A DNA stretch of 63,986 nucleotides, counting the filler, from Reclinomonas americana ATCC 50394 (taxonomy: Eukaryota), in NCBI GenBank assembly GCA_048213135.1. It is 8 parts of 8 records of this genome, joined end to end, with 100 filler letters (N's around TTAATTAATTAA, not from the genome) between each part and the next. Parts side by side here need not be neighbours in the genome. Positions count along the whole stretch, not along the records: positions 47,734 to 59,980 come from AFZH01019992.1; positions 60,081 to 62,853 come from AFZH01019993.1; 6 more parts are not named here. One strand, 5' to 3'. A program made the translations under genes and the position numbers. The notes beneath the pieces are model-generated. The model was not told where the DNA came from. It worked only from the letters and a program-made list of their open reading frames with translations, and ran no database searches. Positions 48,340-60,800 of this stretch are shown here, piece by piece (position 1 is the first letter of the stretch; each line of letters opens with the position of its first letter).

Positions 48340-50559
48340 ATGTTTCGTCGCCTTGGCGGGCAGGTCAGTCGCCTCCTCCCTGTGTACATCTGCACCCTGC
48401 ACACTACACACACGCAGCTGCATTTCCGCTGCGCGCGCGCGTGTGTGTGCAGTTGCTGTTTGTGCGCCATTTCGCGACTGACTTCTGTGTGTGTCTTTGT
48501 GTGCGTGTGTGTGCAGCTGCTGCGCCGGCCACTGTCGGCCATTGCAGCGTCGCCGTCGTCCACGCCACTGCGTGCGTCGGTGACCGAGCTGACCACGCTG
48601 CCGAGTGGTGCGTTGTGTGTGTATGTGATGGCGCGCACATGCGCGCATGGTTCTCTCGCTCTCTCTTCCTCCCTCCCTGCCTTCCCATCTTCTCTCTTCT
48701 CATACACGCACGCGTACATGCTCTCCCCTTTCCCCTCATCCTCCTCTCTGCACAACATGCATGTTTTTCACTCACTCAACGTGCATGCATGATGATGATT
48801 ATGATTATGATGATGCAGGCTTGCGTGTGGCATCGGAGACGCTGCCTGGAGAGACTGCCACTGTGGGCATCTACATCAATGCGGGTTCTCGCTTTGAGTC
48901 GGCAGCCAACAATGGCACCGCGCACTTCCTCGAGCACCTCACCTTCAAGGTCTGCACACGATCGCCAAGACACAACTCGTGTGAGGTGATTCGAGTCTCA
49001 CGTGTGACTCGTTGTTAGGGAACGCCGTCGCTGTCGCAGCGTGACCTGGAGCTGAGCTTTGAGGACATGGGTGGTCACCTCAATGCCTACACGAGCCGTG
49101 AGCAGACCGTGTACTTTGCCAAGGTCCGCGCGCAGCTTGCGGAGAGATGCGGCATCTTTTTTGGTCTCACGCCCCCTGTTCGCAGGTCTTCAAGCGCGAC
49201 GTGGGCCGCGCAGTGCAGATCCTCGGTGATATCCTGCAGAACTCGAAGCTCGAGGAGGTCTGTCGGGAGTGTTTGCTGGCGCTGCAACGCGATGCAACAG
49301 AATGCTGACGTACAATAATGATAATGCGACAGACTGCAATCGAGAATGAGCGTGGAACGATCCTGCGCGAGCAGCAGGAGGTGGAGAGCATTATGGAGGA
49401 GGTGTTGTTTGATCAGTTGCACGCCACGGCGTATCAGACTTCCAGCTTGGGTCGCACCATTTTGGGCCCGGCTGAGAACATCAAGTCGATCCGCCGCGAA
49501 GACCTGACCAACTACGTGCAGACTCACTACACTGCTCCTCGGTGAATACCTCCGTCGGCACTCTCCTCCTCTCCTCTCTCTCCACACCCAAGTGGCGAAG
49601 CGTGCTGACCACCCTCTCTTTAAATGCAGTATCGTGCTGGCCGGCGCCGGTGCGGTGAATCACGCGGAGCTGGTGGATTTGGCCAACAAGCATCTGAGCA
49701 AGTTCAAGTCGGCTGCTGACTCGACGCCGCTGGAGAAGCTGCGCGAGCCCGCTGTCTACGTGGGCTCTGATGTTGCGTCCTCGTCGTCATGGTGGTGGTG
49801 GTGGTGGTGAGAGTGCAGCTGTCGATTGACCCGAAAAACAAACAAAAAAAACAGGTGCGCATCGAGGCCGACATTCCGTTGGTGCACGTGGCTGTCGCAG
49901 TCGAGGGACCCGGCTGGACGTCACCCGACCTGATGACCTTTATTGTGATGCAAACCATGCTGGGCTCGTGGAACCGCACGTCGATTGGTGGCAAGCACCT
50001 GTCGTCGCGCATGTGCCAGTCGATTGCGCAGCAAAATCTGGCGCACTCCGTGACCACCTTCAACTCGCCGTACGCGGACACTGGCCTCTTTGGTGTGTAC
50101 GCCACGGCCGAGGAGGGTCGCTTGGATGACCTGTTGTACGAGATTCAGAGCGAGTGGGTCCGTCTGTGCCACGAGGTGCCGGCGGTTGAGCTGGCTCGCG
50201 CCAAGACGGCGCTGAAGACTGCCCTGTTGGTGGATCTCGACGGCACCTCTGCGGTGTGCGAGGAGATTGGCCGACAAATGCTGACCTTTGGCCGTCGCAT
50301 CCCGATTACGGAAATTTTTGCCAGCATTGACGCCGTGACGGAGCAGAGCATCATCGAGTTGCGTCGGCGTGGCGGAGCTCGTGTCTTTTTTCCATATTTC
50401 ATTTGGCGGGGGGAGCTAAAGTGTGCCTGTTTGCTGGAACACAGTGCTGGTCAGCGCTACATTTTCGACAAGGATCCAGTCCTGGCCGCGATTGGTCACA
50501 TCAAGTCGCTGCCCGACTACAACAAGATCCGCCGCTGGACCTACTGGCTGCGAAGCTAA
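48340..50559 (+). CDS. PMPCB: Mitochondrial-processing peptidase beta subunit (M16)
   Basis: Arg-rich presequence [15 protein letters not shown], then [33 protein letters not shown] (HxxEH), [42 protein letters not shown]. Confidence 0.95.
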
Positions 50560-50784
50560 GCGCGTCGCAGCGAAGAGAGGCCGAGTGGAACGTGTGTGGA
50601 TGCGCGGAGTCTCTCTTCATCGTGATGATGTCTTGCGAGAGTGTACACAGACCAGAAATTGGCGTGAAATGCTGGCTGGGTTGAGAACCCTGCCTCGAGA
50701 AAGTAGGGCAACGTCGTGAGACAACACTTGGTGTCCCGGACCTCAGTCATCAAGCTTGCTGTCGGTGTACGCAGACGATAAAGA

Positions 50785-51722
50785 ATGGCCAGCCGAGGAG
50801 AGGAGGAAACAAAGAAGTTGGTGGAGCAGACGCAGGTTCGTAGCACAGAGAGTGCGATGTCGCACACGAGGAGATCATTGATTGCGTGTGTGTGTGTGCT
50901 TGCTCTGACCCCACAGGAGCAACTGAACCGCCTGCTTCTCCAACTGCAAGACTGCGAAGAGCTGAAGGGTGATTTGGAGCCTGAGGTTTGTGTGTGCGCG
51001 TGTGTGCGTCTGTCTATATGCGCATTCCTCCGCATTCATCGTGACACACACACACAGGAGTACGAGGAAACACGCCGCGAGACACTGGAGCAGGTACGTG
51101 TGGAGTCGAGTCGACCTCTCACTCGCTTGCTCACTCGTCACCGCAGTTGCGTGAGTTTCAAAGAACTCTCGACACGCTGGTGCGCGGAAACCTCTCGCTC
51201 GTCGACCAGTTCAGCAGTGTGCAGCTGGTGCGTGTGTGTGTGTGTGTCGCTCTCCCTTCCACAACGTCTTCGCCCTTTCATGAGCTGGCTCATGCTGTGA
51301 CAGGCCATTCGAGCTGCCGTGTCGGAGGCATTCAAGACACCGGAAGTCATTGCGCTGTTTGCTCGTCGCCAGCCCGGTCAGCTGCGTTCGCGATTGGCGG
51401 CCATTCAGCAGGAGTTCCAGCTGCAGAAGCTGCCGGAGGAGGCGTACTTGATGCAGAGCGTGGAGATCTTGGTAGCACTCAAGCAACTGGGCGAGGAGGT
51501 CTGGCTGCTGCATTCTCTTCTCACTTTGTGGTCTTTGTTTGCGCGCGTGTGTGTTGACGTGCGCGATCGGTGTAGCTGACGGAGAGCGAGAAGGCCTTCT
51601 TGGCCGCGAATGCCTCCGGGTCGATGCGCAACTTCGAGACCGTGGATGCGGACTCCGAGGTCGGCGCGCAGAGGACAGTGTTGGCCCAAGCCGGCAGCGC
51701 TATTCGGCATGCGTCCAAGTGA
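50785..51722 (+). CDS. LZIC: Leucine zipper and ICAT (CTNNBIP1) domain-containing protein
   Basis: Spliced MASRG..ETKKL...EQLNRLL.QLQD.EE...EYEETRRETLEQL.EF...LAIRAAVSEAFKTPEVI.LFA.RQPGQLR.RL...VEILVALK.LGE.LT..E.AFL matches LZIC along its length. Confidence 0.92.
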
Positions 51723-51832
51723 ACGGGGGTGCGAACTCGGGTGAGCCACCGAGCAGCAATGGATTATACACCCTCAATGGAATCGATGTGTGTTGTGTGC
51801 ATTGAACGACAACTGTCTTTCTTTTCCCCCCC

Positions 51833-54800
51833 TCAGCCCACACCCCACAAGAACATGTCGCCGTGGCGATCGCCGGCAGCCAGCTCCGTGAGATCCGGAC
51901 TGTGTACGCGTATCGCATGTTTTAGTTCTTGATGTGACGGCGACAAGGCAGCGCAGACGCAACGAGAATGCCAGTGCAGTTACTGGTGCGGTGGTGAGAC
52001 GCGGCATGTCCACCAACGGCCGCAGGTCCCACGACGAGTACAACAGCACCTCGCCTCGCTCGGTTCCCACGGCCACCACATTGCGGTGCACACCTTCGGT
52101 GCCGTGACTGAATATGAGCGCGGTGACACTGTGCACGCCGTGTGTCAGCATCGGCGAGCGCCAGCAGCACTCGAGAAAAAAGAGGACATACCGACTCATC
52201 ACGCTCTGTTGACCCACACGTTCGCCATTGATGCTCCACAGCTCCACGTTCGACGCCTCATCTTCGCTGCTGATGCTAGCCGTCACAATGTCGCCCTGCA
52301 TTTTTCTCGCCGACGTGAGCCAACCACAACTCACATTTCTCTGCATGCCCCAGACACACACATCGCTGACAAACCGAGGTCTCCGAGAGCGCCACACAAA
52401 CGACAGTGTCACCGGCCACACGAAGCGTGCGAATGTACTGCAACCGAGTGAGGTCCCACACGATGACGGTGCCGTCGACCGAGCCGCTGACGATGAGATG
52501 GTACTCCTCGCTGACCACCACGCTCGTCACCGGGCCGTCGTGGCCAGTGAGCACGTCCAAAGCCACAAAGCAGCCAGTCAGACTGCTGTTCGATGGCGAA
52601 GATGCTTGCATGGCTGCGGTCGTGCGCAGCCGCCACACACGCACTGCACATGCGTGGTGAGTGGAAGGAGCACCCACACGCAACGAAACAGGGAATAAGT
52701 GGACGCACCCGACCCACGGGAACTGCCGGTGGCCATCCATCGGCCACTGGACGATACGTGGCAGCAGCGCACTTCTTCGGAGCGCGGAAGCGAGACGCGG
52801 CACACGACGCGCGACTTGTCGGTCGAGCAGAGGCGAATGGCGTTGTCCCAGTAGTGGTAGCTGCGGCAGAACCGTCGTCAGCATAGCGATCAACAAGCAA
52901 CTCGACGCACGACGAGAACAACGCACGCGAGGTAGTACTTGTAGAGCGGCGGTACGGGGATGGTGAATTGTGGAAGTGCAGTTGGCGACGAATTGTACAC
53001 AATGCTGCCGATGGGCACATCCAACTCGTTCGGCAGCGTGGACTGGCGGAAGAGACGAGCGGTACCGGTGACTGGAAACACACATCCGGGAATGAGTGGT
53101 CTTCATACCGGGGAAGACGAAAGCACGCGTGTACATACCGACACTCTCATCGAGAGGGAGTGCCACATGACGCGACGGCAGCGACTGGCGACCGGGGACG
53201 ACGGCAAAGTGTGCCAGCTCCAGCAGCGTCGTCAGTGCTGCGCGCTTCAGGTCGGCGCGTGCAGGATGCGGATTGCCAAAGAGCTGACGCGGTGTCTGAC
53301 CAAACAGATCGATCTGGGTAATGATGCTCTGTGTTCACCGCGCGCGGTGAGTGACCGGATCAAGATGGACGAAACAAACATACACGAGTGCACAGGTGAC
53401 GGCAGTGAATACGCAACAGCTTTGCGCACAGGATCGTCAATCTTGTCAACGTCGACGCCACCCTCGTACGTGTAGGGATGGAACACATTCATGGCCTCCA
53501 CGGCCTTGGGCCCCTGCATTCGGTGTGAGCAAGAGGGGCACACATAGAGTGATGTGGAACATCTGGCGGTGACGCAACTTGCTGCTTGCTGCCAAAGATC
53601 AAGTCGATCCAGTGATGCAGGTTGCGCGACACCGGTGCCGACTCGAGTGCCTCGCGATGCAAACGCACGTAGGTGCGCGCGCTGTTCCACCCACATTCAG
53701 GCAGCCAGCACGCGACTCGAGAGAGCATTAAAAGCTCACGCAACTTGTCTTGCGCCCACACCGGCAGTTCCACGTTGCTGACAGGCGCGCCCGTGCTCTC
53801 GGTGCCGAGATTTACCCCGTTGGCGTTGACAAACATCTCTGGCAGGCAATAAAATTCGGGAATGAGTTCCTTGACTTGCCTGCCGACAGCTGCCGAGGTG
53901 AGCCACGACGCGGCCACCGAGCGGAATGTGCGGTCGTCGAAGCGCTTGTTGAACCAGAGATAGAATGACGTGTACGGTTCCACGCGCACTGTGCACACAG
54001 TGAGTTGAAGGAGGAGAGGCGGGAGTGCGCGTCGCCGACAAACAAGCACGCACCAAGATAGCCGAGTACAATGCCACGCGTGGAGTAATGACTGCCGTAG
54101 TGGAAGGGATGCAACAAATCGAGTTCCTTGCTCTCCTCAAAGCACTCCTGCGCACGCACGCACACACAATTGCAGTGAGTGTGGCGGCGCCCGCGCTGGC
54201 AATAGAGCACGGAAAACAAGACACGGACCTGAAAGACGGCGACACGAGATGGATGTTGTGTGCCCATGGGTTTGCAGAGGTTGCGCAGGTTGCTGAGCTG
54301 CGAGGTGTCGAGCTCCGGAGAACCGTGGTCGGCCACAATGTGTGGAAACACGGGATACTGGCACAGATCGTTGAACGAGCGACCGGCGAGAGTGTTGAGC
54401 ACCATGAGGTACTCGAAGTTGCTCACGGAGCCCTCCTGCTCACGGTCGTCGTCAGCTTCTCTCCACAGAGAAAGAGAGAGAGAGAGGTTGGGAGAAGAGA
54501 GACACGCGCACGCACCTTCCACCGCTGATGGATACTCTTGGTCCAGAACGTGCCTTGCGCCTCGGCTTCGTAATCCACCAGATCGGGACAGTCCATGGCC
54601 TTGACCAACGCCGACACCGATTTCCTGTTCGCACGTACGCAGCGTCAGTGGGAAGCACAAACACACTCAGACACACATGCGCGCGCTGGACACACCTTGC
54701 TCGTTCCTCGGCAAATGCGAAAAAGTACGCCTTGCCACCCATGAGGTAGATCTCAAGACCGGTGTTGCGCAACAAATGTCTGCGCCACAGCGTGAGTCAC

Positions 54801-57800
54801 TGATTAACCTCTGCATTGCCCACCACCTCGCTCCTCCACGCACCTTCGCCAGTGAACTTCGCGAATCTGGTTGTAGGGGAACGACACCGAGTGCGACTTG
54901 CCGTGCACGATCTTGTCCGCGAAAAAGTACATGCGCAGTTCGCCGACCACCACCTCGCCCTGCAATGCACCATTCAGTCGTCCAGTGGACGATCGCGCAC
55001 ACACAAAAGGGAAGAACTGCGCACCGGAGTGACAGTCATGGTGGTGATTCGGTCGGCGCTGTAAGAGTTGATCACACGCTCGCCGGGGGCCAGCTGACGG
55101 AACGGCTCGGTGAAAAGTTCCTCTGTCATTGTCGATGCGCTGCAACACACGACCAGCCCAAGTGAGGGGACATGCGCACACAAATGCTCGCGTATGAGCG
55201 CGCCCACGAGAGCGCCGTACCTTTCCTCCAGCATGTCCTCAATGTTCTGGCGCAGCGCGACAAACTCGTCGACCGCGAAGCGCGCCAAGTAACTCAAGTG
55301 CGCCAAACGAGTCGGCGGTGCCGGTGCCGCACTCGACTGTGCCACCTCCGTCGATTCCGACTGTGCGACCGCCTGCTGCAGTGCGCGACACTGTGTCAGG
55401 AAACCGCATCGACAGACAGTGTGGAGAATTCGACAGGGGTACCTTATCCGACGCCTTTGGTGGAAACAGCGTCTCGTGGTCCTGGTGCATCCACACATCG
55501 ATAGGCTTGAGACGGACACGCACACGCTCGTAGTTGGCCACATTGTCCAACTTCCAGCGCGTGCGACCGTAGCCAGAGGTGTGCATGACATTCCAGACAC
55601 TGCGCTCCTGCATTAGCTTCTTGACCACGCGGCGCCACGCTTGTGACAACGCTGTCTCGTTCTGTGCTCGCTCGCGAATCTGTGGCGCGCCAATCGCGAG
55701 TAAGCACCAGCCAAATCGATCGGCGCCACCTGCCTCTCCCCGCCTCACCTTCATCAGTCGTCGCTGCTCCGACATGGTGCTCTCCATAATCAACGCGGTG
55801 TCGATCATCTGGGACCGCTCTTCACAGCCGCGATACTCGCCGGCATCTTCCGTGCGACACAAGTTCAACTTGGCGCGCCGATCGGCCGACAGGCGCAAGT
55901 CGGGCATGACACGCGACTCCTCACGCTGCCACACCAGTACCTGGCCAATGACCGACTCCTGCAATGTGCAAAAAAAGTCAACAGATGCTATCCACGCACA
56001 CAGTTGCGAGCTATCTCACGCACCCGGAACACTGCCGATCCCCATCCATGCGAGAAGTCGTCGGACACGCGCAGCAGTTCCGCCTGCCGACAATCATCAG
56101 CTCATCACCTCCGGTGCGTGCACACACGAGGACACACTCACCACCATGCTCAGCACTTCTGGTGACGCCGCATTACCAATGTGCTCCGCAAAGAGATTCT
56201 TGAACACGGACGATCTCAGTTTGAACAGCATGTCCCAGTACTGCGCTGCATGTCAGGATTCGCAGTACAGCGAATACTCAGAGGGTACGAAAGTAACAAA
56301 CCAACGTGTTGAGTTCCTGCAGTCTCTCACTCTCGTGACTGAACAGGCGCGAGAGGTAGAACAGGTACTGCACAGCAAAGCCCTTGTCTTCCGACAGATT
56401 CTTCACAAATGCAGGCGAAATCGTCAGCTTCGACAGCATGTACGTGCACAGCGGTGTCTCCAGCGGACCTGCGCATAGAGAGAGAGAGAGCAGTCAGATT
56501 CATGTAGCGCGAAGGATAGCGACAAGAAAATAAACGCGTCGTGATGCGTACCGGTGATGCGCGCCATTTGCAGAAACAGGCGACACAAGCGCACGATGAG
56601 CGTCTCACGCAGCACGCCCGTGAACAACTCCGTGGGCAGCATGGAGCCGGATGTGCGGATGCCGAATGCTTGATGGAGTACCAAGTCCAACAAGTGGAAT
56701 ATGGTAGACACCAGACCGGCACTGACGTCGTGCAACTGCACAACGATGGGGACAACAGTGAGTCATTGTGCCACGCTTTCCCAGCATGCGACTCACAGCG
56801 CGTACCACTCGCAAACTCGACGGCAAGGCTGCAATGGCACTGCGATGGCAATCCAATATGCTGGACTCCACCAGCGTGTGCTCTCGCTGGCAGCCGCTGC
56901 TGAGAACGAGCAGCTCACGCACGGCCTGCTTGGTGAATGAGCGGAGGCGCGAGTCGTCTTCCATGGCCGACGCGGTCGGCGACGGTGGTCCCGAGCTCGC
57001 ATACGACGCCGTGGCCGCAGCAGTCGCCGCACTCAGCGACGACGTCGACGACGAAGGGTCAGTGGCAGAGACCGACGAACTGCCGCCGTCCTCGAACCAT
57101 ATGCGGGTGTCGTGAGCCAGAAAACGAACATCGTCGCGCATCCAGTGACTTGCCAGCGTCAGACAACACAGCGAGAAATCGGGGAATGTCGACTGGGCGC
57201 GGCGCGGCGACACAAACTGGAAGCGACCGCTGTAGACCGCGACCAGCGCGGACGCCAAGTAGTGCTCCATGGCGCGTTTCAGCGGCATCTCCAAACGCAT
57301 TTCGTCCACAAACTGCGCACAAGCAACAGAAATGGCCGTGATTGAGAGAGAGAGAGAAGCACATGACAAAACACTGCATACGACACGCACCGCAAAGAAC
57401 ATGGACCACAGATCGCGGCCGCGAGCAAGCGTGGTCGAGTAGCGGCACTGCATCACCACAGCCTGCATCACCACGCTCACACAGTCGACCCATTCGTATT
57501 TGCACGCGGTGTTCAGGCACTTTAGTAGAGCGTACAGCAGCTGCACAAAGATGTGGCAGTCAGGACATGTACTTGAGTGTGCATCCAGTGTGTGCGCACG
57601 CAAATGACAAACCTTGGCCGACACCAGAGAGGTGCGCTTGGCCGGTGAACAGCGCTTGTCGAGCATGTCGGAAAAGTGGCGAATCACCGACGCCATGGTG
57701 TCCGGGTCGCGGGTGGCACTGAGGGCGTCAATCACCACCCACAAGAGGTCGTGCCGATCTAGCGCGAGGTAACCGTCGCTCGGCGATGCGACTCCACTGA

Positions 57801-60800
57801 TCGCGTTGTCCGAGTTCGAGCGCTTCAGCTTGCTGCGTTTCTTTCTCCGCTTCGACGACTTGCGCTCTTGCGAGATTGAGCTGCGACCGCCGTCGTCCTC
57901 TGCTCGCGCACACCCCACAAATGAGTGCGCAGGCGGACACAAGAATATCTCTCCACCACTTACACACCGTCAGTGGAAATGTGTTCCACCGCATGCACGG
58001 CAGCCAGCGGTCCCGAACCCGACGTGTCGCCCAGGTTCTCGAAGAGCAACAAGAACTCGGCAGGCGACAGCGGCACACGCCGCAGGTGCCAGGCAAGTTG
58101 CGCAAACCCATTCATCGCAGTGAACTTGGCCGAGAGCGGTGGCACCGACAGGAATCGATCGAGGATCTGCAAGTACACGTAGCGCATGCACGAGTTCGGG
58201 TTCTCGAGGAAGCGCAGCAGTTTGGAGAACGGCAAGATCTCGCCCTCGAGCATCTGCAGTGACTCGCGCCACTCGGGCGAGGAGATTTTCGCTGCACAGC
58301 CAGCACATTGAGATATGCAGAAAGCACACAAATAATCTCTCGGCATGGAGAAAACCACACGCACCGCGCAGCAACGTGGCCGTGGCCAGACCAACAGTGA
58401 GACATTGCGACACGGCGCCGCGCCAGTCGACACCCGATCGCAGTGCGTTGAATACCGCTGTGCGCAACGTTTTAAGATGCGTCGCGAAAGAGGTAATATG
58501 CAACAAATAGATGATACCTTGATGTGCAAATCGCGACGACTCGGTCTCAGACGATAGGCTGTGGAGGCAACTGCGTCAGATCCGTGGAATGGCACGAAAA
58601 CAGAAAATCGCGAAACAACATGCACGCAACAGCGAGTGGAGGGTGGTGAGAAATTGCACCAGCGGACGAGCATCGTCGACGTGCTCCACCAGCGGCTCAA
58701 TCACCATGCCAGCCTGCGGGACCAGTGACTGCGGCAACGCATGTCCCAGCGGAGTCGCGAATTCTCTGGACCGAGCACGATGCGCAGACGGATGTGGTGT
58801 CGCAGGTGCACCATCGGCAGCAGCCGTCGACGGCGTAGCGCCAGTGCCACCATTGACGTGCGGTACAGGCTGTGCAGTCAAAAAAATGAGAACTTACCGA
58901 CGACGGGCGCGAATAGTGTGCACACCACAACAACACACCTCGGCTTGCGACGGTCCACCGCGCTCGAATCGCGCTCGCTCAATCTCGCCAAAGGCCAACA
59001 TCAGCAGATTCAAAAAGTCACCCTCCCGGCACACGCGTCGAATGTCGGCGGCGTGTGCATGCTGCAGCCGGCGATAGCAGCACAAGTCAACATCACGAAC
59101 GATATTCTCTCGCAAAAACACACATACAGACACACGAAACATCAGTCAGCAAGTAGCGCAGGCACGCCAGCCACTGCGCCACCACATCGCTCGACGCCGA
59201 GCTCCACAGTCTGTAGTCGAGGAGCAGTATCCGCAGGCCGTCTGCGTCGCACAGCCGCCCATCCACCAACCAGCACGCCGATTGTGCCGTGCGCCCGTGT
59301 CCTGCACAACGACCATGAGCAACAACAACAACGAAAACACACAACAAAGAGGATACGCACCGCTCTGCTGCAGCGAGTATGCGTCGGGCTCCGCGCGTTG
59401 GAATTCAGCCTCCAGCGAGCGCGAGGTGGCTCCCAAGTACGACCGATCCAGTGACAGCAGCTGGTCCTCCTCGAAACCAACAAAGCGGAACGCAACACGC
59501 AACGCGGCAGCCGACAGGCAAAAGCTCGACCGTCGCAAGTGCAAATTGAGCCAGTCGAAGCCGTTCATGGTGCGGAACTCGACGTCACACATGGGCGAGA
59601 ATCGCACCAACGTGTACAGCAGATCGAGACAGTGCAGCTGCAAGTCGGGTTCGTCAACGCGCGCCAACAGCGCGAGAATCACTGGCGTGCCTCCCACGTG
59701 AGTCCACGTGCTCGCAATGCACGAGCGCTCCCCAGACACAATCTGCAACGTGAAAACCCACAGGTTGGTCAGTTGAGCTCCTCAAACAAAGAAACGTACC
59801 AAAGCCAACAACTTCGTCACTCACCTTGCCGCCGTGCATGGCAGGGACAGCGAAGAAATGCACATTCTGGAACGAGGCATTGGTGGAGACAGGCGACACC
59901 GGTGACGTCGCCGCTGAAGACGACGACAGAGCTGACATGGAGCCGGAGGAGGAGCCGGTCGAGTTGGACTTGTTGGTCAGNNNNNNNNNNNNNNNNNNNN
60001 NNNNNNNNNNNNNNNNNNNNNNNNTTAATTAATTAANNNNNNNNNNNNNNNNNNNNNNNNNNNNNNNNNNNNNNNNNNNNCCACCACCACCACCACCACC
60101 ACCTCCGCCGATACCACCGCCGGTGGTGGAGGTCAGCACCAGCGGAGTGTACGGTAATAGCTCGCGATAACAGGATGGAGCGTTGAACTCAGCCGCGTGT
60201 GCCGACAGCACGAGCGTACTGATCAAATCCGCAGGTAGTCTTGGTGCATGCAGCAACCGCAAATACTCCTTCAAGTCACGCGTCTGCACATCCAGTGCCA
60301 TGCACGAAACCAGTAATGACAAGACCAATGACCGCACGCACGCAAGAGGCGTATGAGGCGAGCCAGCCGGCATCACATTCCGCCGTAATGGAGACGACAG
60401 GGGACTCCTCGCATACGAGCCGGGAGACATGGGCGAATCCAGGTGCGCGAGCAGCATGGGAGACAACAGATCGGCATTGACAGACATGGAGGTGGAAACA
60501 GGAGACAGCGTGGTGGACTGGTCGGAGCGTGGCGTCGCCAGCTGTGGTGGTGCAGTCACGTGACCGTGACACGGCACATAGTGGTCGAAAAAATGTACAA
60601 AATTGGATTCCAGTTCCTCGCTCCTGCACGTTCGTGAGCAACACAATCACACACAGAAGGCGAGCCTCAAAAAAAAAAAGACGAACCACGAAGCGCTGAG
60701 CATCATCGATGCTTCGTCGTCCACTGGAGGCCACAGGTGCCCGCATGTCAGCTCAGGGCTGGCGTCGGCGAGCACCATCGACATTCGATGCAAAAGGCAC

